DNA of 62,017 bases from the NCBI GenBank assembly GCA_963678065.2, contig CAXXVZ010000001.1:1-62017 (forward strand), in the 5' to 3' direction. This document shows, in pieces, positions 56,562 through 62,017 of this stretch. The position numbers and the translations under genes are program-made. The stretch is from Treponemataceae bacterium. Lineage in GTDB: Bacteria; Spirochaetota; Spirochaetia; Treponematales; Rectinemataceae. The first letter of the stretch is position 1, and each line of letters begins with the position of its first letter. The notes under the pieces were generated by a model. That model saw nothing but the letters and a program-made list of their open reading frames with translations, searched no databases and was not told the DNA's origin.

Positions 56562-58220
56562 TTGGACAATGCCCCGGCGGAAAACGGAGCCGACACCGAA
56601 AGACTCCGCTCCGGAAGCGGGGATCTGGCCGTGCTCTCGGGGATCTCGGGGGCGCAGGGACTTTTCAGAGCCATTTTCCATTTCAACCCACTTCCGACAG
56701 CCCTCATTCGCGTCTCGGACATGCGGTTCGTCGATGTGAACCGCGCCTTCGAGGCGGGCCTCGGCTACAAAGCCTCCATTCTGCGGGAGCACACGGTTTT
56801 CGAGTTCAACATATGGGTCGACGGCGCCATGCCGGCCACGATCGTCAGGCTCATAGCCGAAACCGGCTCCATCCACGGCTTGCAGGCCCGGCACAAGAGG
56901 ACTGACGGCGGGGTCAGGGATGTGCTTTTGTATTTCGAACCCCTCGAGATAGGATCCGAGCTCTACATGCTCAACACCTTCGTCGACATAAGCGATCGCC
57001 GCAAGGCAGAGACCGACCTCGAAAACGAAAGGATCCGCCTCCGGACCATCATAGAGACCATCCCGGATATGATATGGATGAAATCGCCCGAAGGCGCCTA
57101 CCTCGCCTGCAATCCGCGCTTCGAGAGGTTCTTCGGAGCGAAGGAAAAGGACATCGTCGGAAAAACCGATTTCGATTTCCTTCCGCACGATCTGGCCGAA
57201 TTCTTCAGAGCCAAGGACAGAGCCGCGATAGGGGCCGGAAAACCCCGCACCAACATCGAGTGGGTCACCTACGCGGATGACGGCCACTCGGAGCTTCTTG
57301 AGACCATCAAGACGCCGACCTACGATTCGAACGGCAAGCTGGTCGGCGTTCTCGGCATAGCGCGGGACATCACCGAACGGAAGCGGGCCGAGGACATGAT
57401 AAACCAGCTGAACCAGAACCTGGAACGGAGGGTCGAAGAGAGGACCGCCGAGCTGACTACCGCGAACCGCGAACTCGAGGCCTTCGCCTACTCCGTCTCC
57501 CACGACCTGCGCACGCCGCTCAGGTCCATAAACGGATTTTCCCATATCCTCGCCGACAAATACGGGGATATGCTCGGCGAAGAAGGAAAAAGGATGACGC
57601 GGATCATCCGGGACAATACGGCCAGGATGGGACAGCTCATCGACGACCTCCTCGCATTCTCGCGCCTGGGCAGGACGGAGATGCGCCTCGCCCAGGTCGA
57701 CATGAAGAGTCTGGCCGCGGATGTTTTCAGGGAACTGGGCCGCGATCTCGGAAAAAAGGTGGACTTCCGTCTCGCAGAAATCCCCCCGGCGCAGGGCGAC
57801 CCGCCGATGCTGAGGCAGGTCTGGGTCAACCTCCTTTCGAACGCGATCAAGTTCACCGGAAAAAAGGAAAAGCCGGAAATACAGATCGGCTGGGAAGACG
57901 TGGACGGAAAGACTGCCTACTTCGTCAAGGACAACGGCGCAGGCTTCGACATGCGGTATTACGAAAAGCTTTTCGGGGTTTTCCAGCGATTGCACGGGCC
58001 GAGGGAATTCGAGGGAACGGGCGTCGGTCTGGCCCTGGTCCAGAGGATCATCTCCCGTCACGGCGGCTCCATCTGGGCGCACGCGGAAGTCGACGCGGGA
58101 GCCTGCTTTTTCTTCACCCTCAATCCGGGCCCGCAGGAAGTGGCTTCTCCCGCAGCCCGGGCCAAGTCGGGACACGACAAGGACGGCATCCTCTATCCCG
58201 AAGCGCCCGGCATGGTCTGA
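56562..58220 (+). CDS. Cytoplasmic double-PAS sensor histidine kinase; start uncertain
   Basis: Two PAS/PAC (DISDRR, DITERK), ELEAFAYSVSHDLRTPLR, NLLSNAIKF, DNGAGF, GTGVGLA. Confidence 0.92.
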   Translation: MDNAPAENGADTERLRSGSGDLAVLSGISGAQGLFRAIFHFNPLPTALIRVSDMRFVDVNRAFEAGLGYKASILREHTVFEFNIWVDGAMPATIVRLIAETGSIHGLQARHKRTDGGVRDVLLYFEPLEIGSELYMLNTFVDISDRRKAETDLENERIRLRTIIETIPDMIWMKSPEGAYLACNPRFERFFGAKEKDIVGKTDFDFLPHDLAEFFRAKDRAAIGAGKPRTNIEWVTYADDGHSELLETIKTPTYDSNGKLVGVLGIARDITERKRAEDMINQLNQNLERRVEERTAELTTANRELEAFAYSVSHDLRTPLRSINGFSHILADKYGDMLGEEGKRMTRIIRDNTARMGQLIDDLLAFSRLGRTEMRLAQVDMKSLAADVFRELGRDLGKKVDFRLAEIPPAQGDPPMLRQVWVNLLSNAIKFTGKKEKPEIQIGWEDVDGKTAYFVKDNGAGFDMRYYEKLFGVFQRLHGPREFEGTGVGLALVQRIISRHGGSIWAHAEVDAGACFFFTLNPGPQEVASPAARAKSGHDKDGILYPEAPGMV

Positions 58221-58298
58221 CCGCAGCTTTCCTGCGGCACCGATGTGGCGGATTGCGGCGAACGCTGGTATACTTTTTCGCATGATACTGGAGGATAC

Positions 58299-59624
58299 AT
58301 GAAACGGATTCGCGCGGCAGCGCTGTGCCTCGTTCTCACGCTTCTCGTCCACGCATCCCTCTTCGCCCAGCCCGAAGTCAGCGCAAAACAGGATGTCGCG
58401 GTCTTCGGCATCGGATATTACGGCTGGAGCATCCCCTACGAGGCCCTCGGCTCCATCGACCACGAAATCCAGAAAGTCTTCGTCGACCTGGGCCGGTTCA
58501 ACATCATCGGCATGACCCAGAGGCTCTCCCCCGGAGGACTCGACCAGTTCATCGCGACACTCAAGAGCGCGAAAGAATCCACATTCGTTATGCCCGAGAA
58601 GTATCAGTTCGGCGAAGCCTTCCTCACGGAAGCGGAGTTCAACAAGCTCGTGGGCGCCTTCATCGTCGCGGTCCCCGTCGTGACGAACTTCAACTCCTTC
58701 TACAATTCGAAAAGCACCCGCTACGAAACGACGATCACGACAAGCGTAACCTTCATCGACGTCTCGGCCGGCGGCCGCGTCATCGCGATGAACAAGATCG
58801 AATCCTCCGGCTCGGACAAGAACAGCCAGCGCAATTCCATAAGCTCGGCCGTCAACTCGATTCCGACCCAGCTCCAGTTCCAGATCAGGTCCATCCCCGA
58901 GTTCCAGATCAACACCCGCATACTCGCCACCTCGGGCTCGGAGATCAAGCTCCAGCTCGGGCACAACATGGGAATACAGACGGGCGACGAGTACGCTGTC
59001 ATCGACGACCGCTCCGTGGAAGGCTTCTCCGACGACCGCGAGGCGGGCCTCATCGTCATCAAGGAGGTGGGCCCGGAAGTCTCGACGGGATCGGTCCTCT
59101 ACACCACGATCCCTCTGGGGAAGGACACGCAGTTGCGCGAGATTCCGAGGCAGGGCGCCGACCTGGACATCTACCTGCACAGCGTCGGCGGAACTACGCC
59201 TTCGCTGATCCCCGGATTCAGGGCGACCGCGTCGCGCGGCTTCTACGGGATCAGGCCCTTTGTCGCCGCGCAGGTGCCGCTCAGTCTGATCAGCAATTTC
59301 CTCCTGGGACTCGTGCAGATCGTGCCCGTGAACGCTGTGGTCGGCGCGGAGTACCTGGTGAATTTCGGCAGACTGTCCTTCGCGCCATACGCCGGAATCG
59401 GTATTTCCTATTTCCACGTCACATCACCCTGGGTCAGCACTGACACCGACTTCATCTCCCACGTCGGATTGCTGGCCTACGGGCGCGTTTCCTACCTCGT
59501 CAGCAGGGACATGAAAGTCTTCGCCGATCTCGGCATCGAACAATGGCTGAAAGTCACGAGCCTCTTCGGAAACAAGAGTTACGGCGGAACTTCCTTTGGA
59601 GCGGGCGTGACGTTCAAGCTCTGA
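58299..59624 (+). CDS. Exported protein, probable periplasmic domains plus C-terminal outer-membrane beta-barrel
   Basis: Signal peptide (SLFA-Q); alternating aromatic strands at the C-terminus (FAPYAGIGISYF, VFADLGIEQW, FGAGVTFKL). Confidence 0.65.
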   Translation: MKRIRAAALCLVLTLLVHASLFAQPEVSAKQDVAVFGIGYYGWSIPYEALGSIDHEIQKVFVDLGRFNIIGMTQRLSPGGLDQFIATLKSAKESTFVMPEKYQFGEAFLTEAEFNKLVGAFIVAVPVVTNFNSFYNSKSTRYETTITTSVTFIDVSAGGRVIAMNKIESSGSDKNSQRNSISSAVNSIPTQLQFQIRSIPEFQINTRILATSGSEIKLQLGHNMGIQTGDEYAVIDDRSVEGFSDDREAGLIVIKEVGPEVSTGSVLYTTIPLGKDTQLREIPRQGADLDIYLHSVGGTTPSLIPGFRATASRGFYGIRPFVAAQVPLSLISNFLLGLVQIVPVNAVVGAEYLVNFGRLSFAPYAGIGISYFHVTSPWVSTDTDFISHVGLLAYGRVSYLVSRDMKVFADLGIEQWLKVTSLFGNKSYGGTSFGAGVTFKL

Positions 59625-59651
59625 ACAGGAGGTTCTGCCCGGCTGTAGACT

Positions 59652-61133
59652 TCAGGGCAGGGTGGAGAGGATGTCCGCGCCGAAAACCTGCGCGCCGAGT
59701 TCGCGCAGCGCGGCGCGGCGAGCTCCGGTCTCGTCGGTTCCGACGGCCGTGTAAGCCTTGTCGGAAGAATACAGTATCGTCCCGGTCGCGAGCTCGACGA
59801 CTTTGATCTGGGCCGAAGCGGAGGCGAGGAAGCTGGTCCCATCCCTTTTCACAGCGCGTATGTGCGCCGCTCCGTACACGATCCGCTGAACCGCGTAGCC
59901 CCAGGACTGGAGCCCTGTGTTCAGTATGGCCGCGTCCGACATCGTCGACAGGAGGCCGGGATCGAGGGGAGTGGCCCTGACGACGAACTTTTCCTTGCCG
60001 AGGGAGTCGAGGAGGGCCGCCTGGGTCAGGTCTCCAGGTATCCTGTTTCCGTTTTCGTCGAAATCGACAATGGAGATGCCGGTCGGGACCGTGCGCGCCT
60101 CGGAAACCACGGCGTACCCGATCTCCACCTGCTTCGCGAGGATGTCCTCCTGAAGGGCGGAACGCAGGGCACTGAACTTCGGGGGGAGCGCGTCGAGCAT
60201 CTCGAGAGAAGACTGCAGGTCGAGCCTGACGCTCAGCTTGGCTTTGCCGACGAAATCGGGCACAGGCGGCGTGAAGACAAGGAGTCCCGAGGCGTCCGTC
60301 TGGGCGGATTCGGTTTTGCCCGCAAGCCGGCCGGAAGCCTGTTTTCTCTGATACGAGACGAGGAGCTTGACCGACAGGCCATGATCGAAGCCGGCGGAGG
60401 GCGCTGAAGTTCCCCCTCCGGAGCCCTCCAGTCTGACCTTGAAGGGTCGGGAAAAGGCTTGCCCGAGCACGGCGCTGTAGTCGTCGCCGATCACGACAAA
60501 ACGGATTCCCGAAAGCGCGGCCCGCGCCTTACCGATCAGTCGCTCGAACTTGACGTCGGCGTTTTCGATGTCGGACCCGGAGGCCGCCACGGCCGCTTCG
60601 ATGTATTTCCTGACCGCGTCGACAGGCATTCCGGAGGCCGCGAGAGAATCACCCTCGGCCTCGGGCACGGCGACCGCGTCGATCTTTTCCTGGAAAAGGG
60701 CCTCGATGCGGCGTTTTTCCTTCTGCAACTCGGCCGTGTTGTACGCGGCGAGGATGTGGACCGTCGCGGTTTTCGTCTTGGGATTCGCTGTCTTGTATTT
60801 CTGCTTTACCTGGAATCCCGCGAGACGGTTCTCCGACTGCATCGTCACGGTCTGGGTGATTTCAGCGGTGTAGGACTCGAGGGAGGCCTTCGCCATCGCG
60901 GATGTGTTCACCGTAACCCTGATGCCCATATATTGCATGATCCCGGCGATGAGATTGGCGGTGGCGTCGTTGACCGCGGCCGCTTCGTCCTTGCCGGAAG
61001 CGCTGCCCACGAACCAGGTGTTGACGCTGTCCGGCGGCGGCGGGCGGCTGATCCAGTCGGGCGCTGTCGCGCAGGACAGAAAGACGGATGCCGCGATGAG
61101 TGCGGCGATCGCCGCCACGAATCGTTTACGCAT
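59652..61133 (-). CDS. LPP20-like lipoprotein with additional domains
   Basis: Lipobox FLSC, then APDWI..P....WFVGSA; GGAGG RBS. Confidence 0.7.
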   Translation of the reverse strand: MRKRFVAAIAALIAASVFLSCATAPDWISRPPPPDSVNTWFVGSASGKDEAAAVNDATANLIAGIMQYMGIRVTVNTSAMAKASLESYTAEITQTVTMQSENRLAGFQVKQKYKTANPKTKTATVHILAAYNTAELQKEKRRIEALFQEKIDAVAVPEAEGDSLAASGMPVDAVRKYIEAAVAASGSDIENADVKFERLIGKARAALSGIRFVVIGDDYSAVLGQAFSRPFKVRLEGSGGGTSAPSAGFDHGLSVKLLVSYQRKQASGRLAGKTESAQTDASGLLVFTPPVPDFVGKAKLSVRLDLQSSLEMLDALPPKFSALRSALQEDILAKQVEIGYAVVSEARTVPTGISIVDFDENGNRIPGDLTQAALLDSLGKEKFVVRATPLDPGLLSTMSDAAILNTGLQSWGYAVQRIVYGAAHIRAVKRDGTSFLASASAQIKVVELATGTILYSSDKAYTAVGTDETGARRAALRELGAQVFGADILSTLP

Positions 61134-61165
61134 ACAGGCCCACCTCCGGATTCGGCACAAAGACA

Positions 61166-61194
61166 GGGAGTCCCGCCTGCGGACCGGGACTCCC
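61166..61194 (-). terminator. Intercistronic hairpin between two lipoprotein genes
   Basis: GGGAGTCCCG-9nt-CGGGACTCCC followed by TGTCTTTGT on the minus strand. Confidence 0.55.
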
Positions 61195-61238
61195 ATCGCT
61201 CGGACAGAATTGGGGGAGAAACGAGGCATCGCCCCGGC

Positions 61239-61895
61239 TCATTTCCCGGCGAAGAAGTCCTTGGTCACCGTATTCTGGACAAGGTCCATCGCGCGCTTGG
61301 TCTCGGGAGTGGCGGCGGCGGTGCCGGCCATATCCGCGAGGATGATGTCGAACTGTTTCTTGAGCATTGGCTGTTCCATGGTCCACACTTGCATCACGCG
61401 GTAAATCTGCTTGTCAGGCTGTCCGTCGGAGGTGTAGGTCTGGACCTTGATCCACCAGTCGGATTCTTTCCTGAATCCGGAGTATTTGGCTTCCGCGACG
61501 CTGGCGACGAAGCGCTCGCCGTATACGCCGAAATTGACGGAATCCGCGTTGGCGACATTGGCTCCCTTGAAAGCGTCCTTGACGCGGAGAGAGAGGTAGG
61601 CCGCGATCTCGGTCTGGGCATCCATCCTGGAAGCGAGAAGCTCCGCGGAGGGGAGATTCAGGGCCTCCGCCTTGCCGAGGAAAACAACCTTTCCCTTGAA
61701 CTCGGGAAATTTCTCGAGTTCCTTGGCTCCGCCGATGACGGCCGATTCGACCCATTTGGGGGCCTTGATTCCGTATGCGGAGCCCTTGTCTTCGAGGAGA
61801 GTCTCCCCCTTGCGGACGCCCTTTGGCCCGCTGGCACAGCCGAGGACGGAGAAGACGACGGCGAGAGCCACGAGAGCGATGACTGCCTTTTTCAC
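61239..61895 (-). CDS. LPP20-like lipoprotein
   Basis: AAGGAGG RBS, GTG start, lipobox VLGC, APKWV, ASRMDAQTEIA, WWIK. Confidence 0.7.
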   Translation of the reverse strand: MKKAVIALVALAVVFSVLGCASGPKGVRKGETLLEDKGSAYGIKAPKWVESAVIGGAKELEKFPEFKGKVVFLGKAEALNLPSAELLASRMDAQTEIAAYLSLRVKDAFKGANVANADSVNFGVYGERFVASVAEAKYSGFRKESDWWIKVQTYTSDGQPDKQIYRVMQVWTMEQPMLKKQFDIILADMAGTAAATPETKRAMDLVQNTVTKDFFAGK

Positions 61896-62017
61896 GATAT
61901 CCTCCTTAAGATCATGGATCGAACATGATGCCATGGGCGCCGGATCGGACCTGGCGCTCACAATCCCGTATTGAAGGTAAAAGACTTGCCGCGCATGTAC
62001 ACGAGGTATGCGTCAGG

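Noticed and set aside
56493..59417. 974-aa minus-strand ORF
   Set aside because: Antisense shadow of the histidine kinase and outer-membrane protein genes; no motifs; expected in GC-rich DNA with strong codon bias

Overview
GC-rich bacterial chromosomal segment with dense, ordinary coding structure (about 55 CDS). The gene set suggests a free-living anaerobic spirochaete (inference from DUF3798/DUF6672 ABC operon, Gx-transporter cluster, Hnd-type hydrogenase and many lipoproteins). I saw no tRNA, rRNA, CRISPR array, prophage or intact transposase. Contents in order: 3' end of an Nqr-like operon (nqrD-E-F plus a hypothetical gene), ftsK, uppP, slyD with a NusG-II/Gx-transporter/EcfT-like trio, leuS, a DUF3798 ABC importer, a degenerate class III cyclase plus lipoprotein, a CBS-Ser kinase/DRTGG/PHP operon, an ABC-2 exporter, assorted enzymes, pyk, uvrC, tkt, an AT-rich patch with an orphan vapB-like gene and an atypical Fpg/Nei, ettA, nagBA, an Rsm22/METTL17-like gene with arfB and mobB, a tetrameric [FeFe]-hydrogenase operon with an embedded GHKL ATPase, a PAS histidine kinase, and an outer-membrane protein/LPP20 lipoprotein cluster. 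No clearly new system can be proven from sequence alone. The best candidates are (i) an adenylate-sensing kinase/DRTGG/PHP phospho-switch possibly linked to the hydrogenase, (ii) a putative flavin-export module near the Nqr-like operon, (iii) a cyclase with rewired active-site residues, and (iv) a bacterial Fe-S METTL17-like gene beside arfB. Many start codons were re-chosen by eye from RBS and family N-termini, and all family assignments are by motif recognition, not database search.
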